A DNA stretch of 64,000 nt from the human T2T-CHM13v2.0 reference genome, Homo sapiens. The DNA is taken from the NCBI RefSeq assembly GCF_009914755.1, contig NC_060948.1; one strand, 5' to 3'. The number at the start of each line of letters is the position of its first letter. The stretch's first letter is position 1. A model generated the notes under the pieces. That model made no database searches. It was given only the letters and a program-made list of their open reading frames with translations, and was not told where the DNA came from. Made by a program: the position numbers and the translations under genes. This document shows, piece by piece, positions 53,421 through 64,000 of the stretch.

Positions 53421-54427
53421 ATTTCAAAAGAATTTGAATAATACCCCGCAGAACAACATCTTTATTCACATCATTCTGCTCCCTCCCTTCCCATACTATC
53501 TGTTCTTACATATATACAAACATATGCAGAATTGTTTAAATCCTAACTTTTTTCAATTACCTTATATTTCTACTTCAATTGCCAAAATCTCTAAAGGGGT
53601 AGTTTATGTTTATCTCGATTTTTTTTCCCAAGCCAGCTAATTCACCGATTTCTAGACCAGACTACTGAATACCTTCACTCAAACTCTGCCCATGAGTCTG
53701 TACTTCATGGAGCTCCCTTCTCCCTGTGTGCACTTTTCAGCCCTGATCTTCTACCCACATTTGTTTTCCCCACAATGCTCACAAATGCCTTTGGCCTGTA
53801 TTTCCACCTGTACCTTCAACCTCAGTCATGTTCCCATCCACAAAACTTCTCCACCTAAGTATTAATCAGCACATCCCAAACAGAATTCAACATATCTTTC
53901 TAAAACAATATTCTCAGCACATGATTCCCTGCTTAAGGCCTTCTTATCAACAAACATACCAAATAGAAACATGCCTGTCTCAAATTCAAGACTTCTATCC
54001 ATCTGTCTTTTCTGGACAATCTTGCTTTCCATGACTTCAACACATCAACTTTCCTTCTCAAAAGAAAAGCATCCAGTGCACCCAAACACACCATGTCCAA
54101 AGTTGCTCTGGGCCTGTTCCCACATTATTTTAGGAGCCTAGAATATCTGCTTTTCACCTGTCCTAATCTGACAACTCCGAAGTCCAGTCTCCTACCTTTC
54201 TAGATTTCCCTCAAAGTTGCGGTGCCTTGTTTTTTATCTTGTGAAGGGAAAATGAAAGTGTTCATGAACTTTAGTACAATGGCTGCCTGACCTATGGAAA
54301 AGGTTTAATGTTTTCATGCAGTTTATTCCATCTAAGCTAAACTGCATAAAAACATTAAAACAGACTTTCATTCTAATTGGACAATTTTAAGAAGTATTTT
54401 ACTCCCAGACTCATAAAACAAGCCTAC

Positions 54428-54740
54428 AGCCAGGCACAGTGGCACACACCTGTAATCCCAGCACTTTGGGAGGCTGAGGTGGTGGATCACTTGAGGTCAG
54501 GAGTTCAAGACCAGCCTGGGCAACAAAGTGAGACTCAAACGCTAAAATAAAAAATAAAAATAAAATAAAATAAAATAAAATAAAATAAAAAAATTAGCTG
54601 GACGTGGGGCACCGGCCTGTAGTCCCAGCTACTCAGGAGGATCGCTTGAACCCAGGAGTTCAAGGTTACAGTGAGCCATGCCAGCGCTACTGCACTCCAG
54701 CCTGGGTGACAGTGAAACCCTGTCTCAAAAAACAAACAAA
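54428..54740 (+). mobile_element. AluJ-like element with expanded (AAAAT)n linker
   Basis: Dimer with the central A-rich region expanded. Confidence 0.85.
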
Positions 54741-55045
54741 AGGAAGACTACAACACTACTTTTTTAGTTCTGAAGCACTCTAAAGTACATTTTAGATTAA
54801 TAATTTCCAAACCAAGAAAATGAAAGCCTAAATTAATTATAAGACCTCAAACAGAAAAAAATCTTTTAAAACAATCGATACCATGGAATTTACATACATT
54901 CTATTTGGTCAATGCAGAGACATAGATCTTTGTTCTGAAGTTCAAATTTAAATGTAAGGCTTCAGAGCCAGAAAACATCTAAAATTATACCCATGACTGA
55001 CAACTGGCCTAGGCTCAATGTCTTTGGAATTTGCTCTACTAAATT

Positions 55046-55386
55046 TGCTACTGTTTCAATGTATTCCCTCCAAAATTCAACTGTTGCCAATGTGATGATA
55101 TTAAGAGGTAGGACTTTTAATAGATGATTAGGCCAAGAGGGCTCCTTTCTCCTTCATGGGATTAAGGCCCTTATGAATGAGGCTTCACACATTGGACCAG
55201 CTTGCTCTCCTGCCCTTCTGCCTGCTACCATGTGAGGATAAAACAAGAAGGTCCTGAGACACCAAATGTTGATATTTTCATCTTGGATTTCCCAGACTCC
55301 AGAACTGTCAGAAAATAAACGACTGCTCTTCATAAATTACTCACTCTCTGTTATTCTGTCACAATACTATGAAACAGACTAAGACA
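55046..55386 (+). mobile_element. MaLR solo LTR (MST-type)
   Basis: TGCTA...CCTCCAAAATTCA...TCTTGGATTTCCCAGACTCCAGAACTGT...CAGACTAAGACA. Confidence 0.8.
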
Positions 55387-55745
55387 AATTTGTTTGAATG
55401 ATTTTTCAGCAAGAGACAGTTTCACTACTTCTGGCAGGTAGTCTCTAAAATATTCTGAAATTCTCCTTTTATGCAAACATAAAATTTTTTAAACTCAGTA
55501 GTGTCTCTTCCAAAAAATAACCAAATACAGGTTAAGTACTGATTAGTATTAAATATAATTTTAGTGTTAAAACTTAAGAGCTTTTGTTTTCCAGAAAATA
55601 AAATCCAAGAATTCAGATAAAAAAAATTTGCACAAAGGCATATCATGAGTTAGAGGTAAAGCCAGAATTTATAAATTACATTCCATTCCAAATAAGATGT
55701 GCTTTCAATTATTCCATATTAATAGTTATTTATAAAGGAGATTAG

Positions 55746-56066
<321 letters not shown>

Positions 56067-57142
56067 TGCTCTGATTTTTAGAGTTTCCAGTTTTTCTGCT
56101 CTGTTTTTTCCCAATCTTTGTGGTTTTATCTACCTTTGGTCTTTGATGACGGTGACATACAGATGGGGTTTTGGTGTGGATGTCCTTTCTGTTTGTTAGT
56201 TTTCCTTCTAACAGTCAGGACCCTCAGCTGCAGGTCTGTTGGAGTTTGCTGGAGGTCCACTCCAGACCCTGTTTCCCTGGGTATCAGCGGCGGAGCCTGC
56301 AGAACAGCAGATATTGGTGAACAGCAAATGTTGCTGGCTGATTGTTCCTCTGGAAGTTTTGCCTCAGAGGAGTACCCAGCCATGTGAGGTGTCAGTCTGC
56401 AGCTACTGGGGGGTGCCTCCCAGTTAGGCTATGTGGGGTTCAGGGACCCACTTGAAGAGGCAGTCTGTCTGTTCTGAGATTTCAAGCTGCGTGCTGGGAG
56501 AACCACTATTTTCTTCAAAGCTGTCAGACAGAGATATTTAAGTCTGCATAGGTTTCTGCTGCCTTTTGTTTGGCTATGCCCTGCCCCCACAGGCAGAGTC
56601 TACAGAGGCAGGCAGGCCTCCTTGAGCTGCAGTGGGCTCCACCCAGCTCGAACTTCCCAGCCACTTTGTTTACCTACTCAAGCCGCAGCAATGATGGGCT
56701 CCCCTCCCCCAGCCTCACTGTCGCCTTGCAGTTTGATCTCAGACTGCTGTGCTAGCAAAGAGTGAGGCTCCGTGGGTGTAGGCCTTCCAAACTAGGTGTG
56801 TGATATAATCTCCTGGTGTCCCATTTCCTAAGACCGTTGGAAAAGCACAGTACTAGTGTGGGAGTGACCTGATTTTCCAGGTGCCATCTGCCAGCCCTTT
56901 CTTTGAATAGGAAAGGGAATTCCCGGACCCCTTGTGCTCCCTGGGTGAGGTGATGCCTCGCTGTGCTTTGGCTCATGCTCAGTGCACTGCACCCACTGTC
57001 CTGCACCCACTGTCTGACACGCCCCAGTGAGATGAATCCAGTACCTCAGTTGGAAATGCAGAAATCCCCTGTCTTCTGTGTGGCTCATGGTGGGAGCTGT
57101 AGACTGGAGCTGTTCCTATTCAGCCATCTTGGCTCCACCCCC
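56067..57142 (-). mobile_element. Primate L1PA 5'UTR (internal Pol II promoter) plus ~50 bp of ORF1; remainder absent
   Basis: The minus strand starts GGGGGTGGAGCCAAGATGGCTGAATAGGAACAGCTCCAG, including the YY1 site. The 5'UTR is complete. The ORF1 start is mutated (AAAGATTGGGAAAAAACAGAGCAG). Confidence 0.92.
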
Positions 57143-57719
57143 GTTCTCTAACTTTTGACAGAAAAGTGTTTGGAATCAGAGTTTTTATCTAATTTTTCAG
57201 ATCCTACACTGCCACCTAGTAAGATAGGATTTTTCTCTGTGTAGAGCCTTGTCAGCCCTTTGCCCAAAACGTCTAGTTTCTAACTTTCTCTTCCTCCCAT
57301 GTCCCGCTAATAATTATAAGACTCTATGTCCCATCTGTAAGCAGAAAATCTCCACTTTCAACAGTCAAAAAGAAGCTGCCCTTGAGAGACAAATTCCAAC
57401 CTCATTGCTGAAGTTTTTATAAAAGAAGGAAAAGAATGGAATCTCTTTTTTTTTTTTTTTTTTTTTGAGGCAGCTGTTCTACATCCAGCTACATTGATAT
57501 CTAAATAAGAAGAGAATGTTAATTTTCAAAGTCAGTCCCTATTATTTACGAGGATGTCAATGTTTTGCTAGGACCACAGTAAGGGAAGCCAGGGATAGTA
57601 TAAAGACTCAAACTCTATTAAAGACTCTTGCTGCCATCTAACTACTGCATAATCTCTCTTAAGCTTCCCACATACCTGGAAGGTTTTGGGTTGAATGGGC
57701 TTAGGAGACAAACAACGAA

Positions 57720-57720
57720 T

Positions 57721-57776
<56 letters not shown>

Positions 57777-58256
57777 ATTTTATATATGTGTGAGGAATTA
57801 TATATATATAAACATATATAGACATACATATATACACATATATACATATACACACACGTGTGTATATGTATATATGTGTGTAATATATATGTTTGTATGT
57901 GTATATATAAACACATTTATAGACAGAGCATGCATATATATGTAAATATACACACTCACTTATATGTGTGTCTGTATGTGTGCATATATGTGTGTATATA
58001 TACACGTGTTATATATACACATACATATGTGTATGTGTATACGTATATACCTACATATACACATACCATCTATACACACATACCAGAGTGTATATGTGTA
58101 CATCCAGAAACTCTGGGTATTACATATGTGCATATTACATATGTGCATATTACATACATATATGTACACACATACATATGTGTGTATGTGTATATGTATA
58201 TATATACACACATATAGAGATATATATACACATATACATATACATATGTATCAACA
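57720..58256. repeat. (TA)n/(TG)n/(CA)n complex simple repeat
   Basis: About 540 bp of alternating purine-pyrimidine sequence. Confidence 0.95.
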
Positions 58257-58299
58257 CAAGTGTAAGGTTTCAGCAAAATTTTAGTATATAAAAGCAGAC

Positions 58300-61200
58300 C
58301 GATTTGCCAGCAAGTTGCTACATGATTTGAGAGCTATTAATGCACAGATTAAATCAATGGGTGCATTACAGCAAGGTCTGCCGTTCCTGGCAGCCATTCC
58401 AAGTGACTCACCTCCCATCGTAGCAGATCTCAAAGATTATTTCCTTACTGTACCCTTACATGAGAAGGATAAGCAAAGTTTCACCCCAAAGCATGCTCAC
58501 CGGTCCTACGCTATTTCAGCGTTTTGTAGGACAGTCCTTAAAGGAGCCTCGTAATATATTTCCTACTGCCTACATAATTCATTATATGGATGAAATTCTT
58601 TTGGCTGCTCCAATGGAAGAGTTATTACACCAATTGCTGAGAGAAGCAAAACAGGGGGACATCTCAAAATAGTTCAACAAAAGGTAGAAGCAACCTCCCC
58701 ATACCAATACTTAGGCACTATTGCTACTGAAACAAATGTTTGACCTCAGAAAGCAGTCCTCTGTAGGGACAGATTACAAACCTTCAGTGATTTCCAACAA
58801 CTATTAGGAGATATAAATTGGCTGTGCCCAATCCTAGGTATTGCTACTCATCAACTCAAACACTCAGGCACTCCATGGAAATTCTTCATTAGGAGCAATG
58901 GGCTTAGGAGACAACCCAGTTGCTGGTTTGTCTAAGGAGGCTGAAGCTGAGTTACAGCTTGTAGAGTAGATTCTTCAGCAAACACATGCCTCCTGGCTAC
59001 AGCCACAAAATCCCTTGGTTCCCTTTTTTCTCTCTACCCCCCATTCTCCAACAGGACTTTTAGGCCAGATCATAGAAAAATATGTAATTGTAATAGAATG
59101 GCTTTGTTTGAAATTCAATCAGAGAGTAAAATCTCTGCAAGTTTATCTTTCTTTAACTACTCAGTTTATAACAAGGGGTAGGGATAGATCAAAAATGCTT
59201 AAGAGATATGATCCACACAAAATTATTGTTCTCCTTTTAGAGCCAGTCTACAAGTATGAGGAGAAATATTGGATTCCCAGCAACAGGCTGCAGCATGGGA
59301 AATGTTGACTGTGTGGCAAATTGCTCTTTCAGGTTGTGTAGGAATAATACATAAACATTATCCCTCAGACAAAATTTTGCAATTTTAAAAATTCAGCCTT
59401 TCATCTTCCCTGTGATTCCTCATCACAAGCCCATTTCAGGCAGCCAGACCTATTTTACTGGTGGCTCTTCCAAAGGTCGCAAAGCTACTTATGGTACTAA
59501 GCATGCTCAAACAATAAAAAACCCCGGAGTTTCAGATCAACGCTCAGAACTAATGGCAGTTATGCAGGTTTTAGAGCTCACTGGTTCATCTCTTATTAAC
59601 ACTCTCTGTCATTCAGCCTATGTTGTAAATGTAGCCAGTCATATTGGGACGACCACTATTAAAAGCACCCTGGAACCAGAGCAGTTTAACTTGTTTCTAA
59701 GACTTTAACAAGCTGTTTGCTCTTGTGCTGCTTTTTATATTTCTTATATTTGCTCTCCCACACAACTCCCTACACCACTATTTCTAGGTAACAATAGAGC
59801 CAATAAATTGGTTTGTTCTGCATTTCAACAAGCTCAACCTTCTCATATATTACTGCATCAAAACTCTGCCTTTACTCGTATGTTTCATTTGCCTCACAGC
59901 CAGGCTGCAGCCTGTACAAGCCTGTCCTGCTTGCCAGCATGTCACTGGAGTCACACTCACAGAAGGCTGTAACCCATGAGACTTAGCTTCAAATGAAATC
60001 TGACAGATGGATGTTACTCACAAAGCTGCCATTGGTAAGTTCTCCTTTGTTCATGTGACTACAGACACTTATTCTCATATGCGGCATGCTACATGCAAAC
60101 CAGGTCACACAGCTGGTTATGTGTGATGACATTGTCTGTCATCATTTGCTCATATCGGGGGGTCCCTAAACAATTAAAAACTGACAATGGACACACTTAT
60201 GTTAGTCATGCTTTTTAAAATTTTTTACAGCTATGGTCAGTCACTCATAAAACAGGAATTCCTTACAAACCCCAAGGACAAGGAATTATAGAGCGGGCAA
60301 ATCAAACATTACAAGGTGTGCTGAAAAAAACCGAAAGGGGAAACAAGAGATCAGTTACCACCTCAAACAAAATACATTTACTTTTACTTTAATTAATTTT
60401 TTTACTTATTTACTTTAATTTTTTGACTCCTGGCACAGATAGTAAGACTATGGCAGAACGACACTGGTAAATGTCATAGGGAAAAAGTAAAGTATACCCA
60501 AAAATATTATGAAAATCCCCCTAAGGACGATGGAAATGCTCAGGAGATTTACTGATGTAAGGATGAGGGTATGCTTGTGTTTTTACAGGAGACGGATAAT
60601 CTGTGTGGGGTGCCTTCAATGTGTTTGTGACCATGTAAAGGAAGACTGGAGAGAGCCATGGATCCCAACTATGAATCCGACTCCTCCATTACAAGGCATG
60701 AGTCAGTTGAAATTGCTGGAGCACCAGGGTCAGGCAAACACCCCCGATGTCACGTTTATGGCCATGCTACCTGCAACATCCTGTGCAGTAGGTTTTCCTT
60801 GTGCAGAGACAAAAACATATTGGGCCTATATTCCCAATCCCCCAGTATTATGGACTGTAATTTGGAGTGACACTCCCCCTGACATCTATCATGATCATGA
60901 AGCATGGGCACCAGGACCCCTAACACCCCCTGACAAACAGTTATTAGACTCTCAGAACAATGATTATCAATTATGCTGCTCCATTGGAGGGACTTCCTTC
61001 ATGAGTCACACAGCGTACATCACTCAACTGCAGTGGCCTTGCAAATTAATCCCAAGTATGGCTGACTTACCATCGAAAAAAAATATGTACCTATTAGGCC
61101 TTAGCTCTATTACCATTACCGGTGTAGCTACTAATCTCTCCCAGCCCCATCCCCCAAATCGTATTAATTATACAGAATGAGCTCTCTTTGATAATTCTTA

Positions 61201-62938
61201 CCCCCCCCTCCTTGGACCCAGTGTCTTGGTGCCCTAGCTAGACAAGAGTACATGCTAATCGGAGACATTATTTTCTAGGTCCCTGTGGTCATTTAGATGG
61301 GAGAGATGAGAATCCGACCTCATGGCATAAACTTCGCTGACACTGGTCAGCATCTCTTCACTGCATTGCACTGGGATTCAATCCCAATCTGCAGCAAGTT
61401 TAACTTGGCATGGAACAGGCTTTAGCCCAACTTTGCCTCAATGGCATTACCAAGGAAAGAGAGGTCCAACTCAGGAGTCGATAGGGAAGGCAGCACTCCA
61501 CTATATGAATGGCAGCATTTGTGTCGGAACACTATCTAATTTTAATAATTGTGCTGAACACAGTTTTAATGTTACCGTTGTGGAAAACATTACCACTCAA
61601 TTTACAATTTGTGTTTTTGAACTTATGTTTTTCTGGCAGCAAAGAGGACCAACTCCAGGTAAACGATGCCCGATTGACTTGTGATTCCTGTCAACTGTAT
61701 TATTCCCTTAATCATAGCACAGTACAAACATACAGCATATCCACCCTAGTAATTCTAGGTCACAATCCCGGATTATGGATTCCTGTAAATCTGCCTGAGG
61801 CTTGGGTGGCCACCTCTGGTTTCCATTGTGTAAACTTTTTTCTTAGTCAGCTTATTCGTTGTGCTTGTAGAGCCTTAGGCATGAAAATTTTTCTGAAAGT
61901 CTCCTTAGGTACATTAATAACTTCTGTTGTGGCGTCCTTAGTAGCAATGTACAGCTCCATTCAAATCACAGCTCAATATATAGAAAATTGGATGTGTACA
62001 GCCGACCAGGCATGGATGCTTAAAAATTAACTTAACACTGAGATACACATGGAAGTAGCAATGTTAAAGAATTAAAGATTACAGTTCTGTGGCTAGGAAA
62101 CCAAGAACAAACTTGCAGTTGCGTCAGCAATTGCATTGTCATTTTAAGCATACTCATATTTGTGTAACCAATTTGGAATAAAACCAAAGGGAATATCCAT
62201 GGAAACTTCATTTACAAAGCAAAATTCTAAACTTGAAAAAGCATACTCAAGTAATACAGCCATCTCTGAAAACTTGGGCAGAATTCCAGCAAGGTTTAGA
62301 GAGCCTTAGCGTTTGGACCTCCTCCAAACATCACCTAAATGTCTTTTTTGTGATTATCAGAGTAACGTTTTGATGTCTCTCTTTTATGTTCATTGTCTGT
62401 AAAAGCAGCTGGACCACCAAACAGCAGTGGAGAGTTGCACAGCCTGCAATGATCTTTACTCAATTAATGCAAAAATAAAAAGGAGGAGATGTTGGAGGCC
62501 AAAAGAATGAGGGTCGTGACCAACTCAGTAATGACTGGAGGGTCTATGAGCAGAGAGGAAACTGTTCTCATGAAAGCAGCATGTTGGCAACCTGACACAC
62601 CACGTCTGGTGTCAGAAGGAATGCTGAGGGCAGTCATGCCCCAAGCACAGTCTTTCTTGTGGTTATATATAGGAACATCTGAAGCCTGTAGTATATAGAA
62701 AGCAATTACATGAGCCTGTGATAAATCAAGCAGCTGACCAACAATTACCTTTCCTCCCTGTTGATTCTGCCTAATAAATATGAAGGCCTGTAGAAGCTCA
62801 GGGCCTTTGCTGATTAGAAGCAATGAGCCCCCGACCCTTCTTTTAAAACAGACCTTTTTTGTCTCTGTCTTCATTTCTGCATTCAACCCCCTTCGTTTCA
62901 TCCCATGTAACGACATGTGGCAGTAACTGACTGCCACA
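58300..62938 (+). mobile_element. HERV-K(HML-6)/HERVK3 provirus, 5'-deleted: decayed pol, env and 3' LTR
   Basis: Betaretroviral RT (LHDLRAINA...MGALQQGLP; IIHYMDE at 58583), RNase H (59412-59708) and integrase (KTDNG, TGIPYKPQGQGIIERAN). Env reads MLPATSCAVGFPCAETKTYWAYIPNPP. PPT AAAAATAAAAAGGAGGAGA at 62471-62489. Many stops and frameshifts. Confidence 0.85.
62490..62938 (+). mobile_element. LTR3-family 3' LTR of HML-6
   Basis: Starts TGTTGGAGGCCAAAAGAATGAGGGTCGTGACCAACTCAGT immediately after the PPT, has AATAAA near 62773, and ends ...GCCACA. Confidence 0.8.
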
Positions 62939-63190
62939 CCGTCTCTATTAAAAATACAAAAAAAAAAAAAAAAAAAAAAAAAAATAGGTGGGCTTGTTGG
63001 CAGGCACATGTAATCCATGCTACTCCAGAACCTGAGGCAGAAGAATCCCTTCAACCCAGGAGACAGATGTTGCAGTGGGCCGAAATCACGCCTTTGCACC
63101 CCAGGCTGGGTGACAACGTGTGACTCCATCTCAAAAAAAGCAGAAAACAAAAAAGAAGAAACCAAAACCATACAAAACAAAACAAACAAA
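62939..63190 (+). mobile_element. 3' portion of an Alu abutting the LTR
   Basis: Starts mid left arm (CCGTCTCTATTAAAAATAC), then a diverged right arm and an A-rich tail. Confidence 0.75.
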
Positions 63191-63728
63191 AACTATGTTC
63201 TGGTTAAGAGAACTGAAAAAGCAAGCCTCAGGCTAAGAAAAATCTAGGAAACACATCTGAAAAGTGACTTCTATGCAAAATATACAAAGAAATAAGATGA
63301 CCCAATTAATAAGTAGAGACCTGAGTAGATACATCACCAAAACAGATATGGAGATGGAAAACCCGGTGCACAAAATACTGCTTGCTGAGCCCCTGTTACT
63401 TCTTCTGAAGGCTGAGGCTCCAAGCCATTTCCTGAGGAGCAACAGTGGCTGCCAGAGTGACAGTGGCTCCATAGATCATCCCCACCTACCCCAGCTCTAC
63501 CTTTCTTCCAGGTTCCAAGGATTTCCCAGACATTGAGCATGCTCACGAGGAAAGAGCCAGAAGCTGGATATTTTATTTCACAACTTTTCTTAAAATTCTG
63601 GATGTCAACCAGTATCCTTTGGTTGGAAGTTTTATATTTATCCTAACAATCTTGAGGCACTGACAAGTATTAGGAAAGATGATTTTCAACCTACGTTTGA
63701 TTCCATGAAGAAATAAAGGAATTGGTGT

Positions 63729-64000
63729 GGCCAGGCATGATGGCTCACATCGGTAATTCCAGCAGTTTGGGAGGCTGAGCCAGGTGGATGTCCTTAGGTC
63801 AGGTGTTTGAGATCATCCTGGTCAACGTGGTGAAACAAACTCTCTACTAAAAATGTAAAAAATTAGCCAGTACCGGTAGTGGTGTCTGGGTCCTGTAAAC
63901 GCAGATCCTCAGGAAGCTAAGACAGGAGAATTGCATGAACCTGGGAAGCTGAGGTTACCAAAGCCGAGATCATGTCATTGCACTCCAGCCATGGGAACAG
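63729..64000 (+). mobile_element. Diverged Alu, cut by the window end
   Basis: GGCCAGGCATGATGGCTCAC...GTGAAAC...CACTCCAGCC. Confidence 0.8.

Noticed and set aside
57143-57711. Segment resembling a fragment of another ERV internal region
   Set aside because: I could not assign a family or boundaries by eye, so it is left unannotated.
57568-58291. Cluster of Tyr/Ile/His/Cys-rich ORFs
   Set aside because: Artefacts of the TA/TG microsatellite.
58300-62030. Replication-competent retrovirus or active reverse transcriptase
   Set aside because: No 5' LTR, gag or pro; the catalytic motif reads YMDE; many stops and frameshifts.
62464-63189. 241-aa minus-strand ORF
   Set aside because: It spans antisense Alu and LTR sequence, a typical repeat-derived spurious ORF.

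Overview
This is primate, almost certainly human, genomic DNA from a segmental-duplication mosaic. It contains no intact protein-coding gene. In order: a CSPG4 unprocessed pseudogene (exons 2-3, + strand) joined intronically to the last three exons of a DNM1 pseudogene (+); a GOLGA2/GOLGA6L-type golgin pseudogene (- strand) lying tail-to-tail with DNM1, as the parent genes do at 9q34, with a ~3 kb retroposed-looking 3'UTR inserted right after its stop codon; a 5'- and 3'-incomplete UBE2Q2 pseudogene (-); an Alu/L1-5'UTR junction; and a 5'-deleted HERV-K(HML-6) provirus (pol-env-LTR3). The CSPG4P-DNM1P-GOLGA-UBE2Q2P cassette is the known chromosome-15 GOLGA core-duplicon family. The heavy decay best fits the copy transposed to Yq AZFc (GOLGA2P2Y/P3Y region), but that placement is inference. 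I found no evidence of a new functional system. The most interesting items are rearrangement junctions, possible chimeric transcription units and a very young AluYa5-lineage insertion. All homology and repeat-family calls are from recall of the parent sequences, not from database searches.
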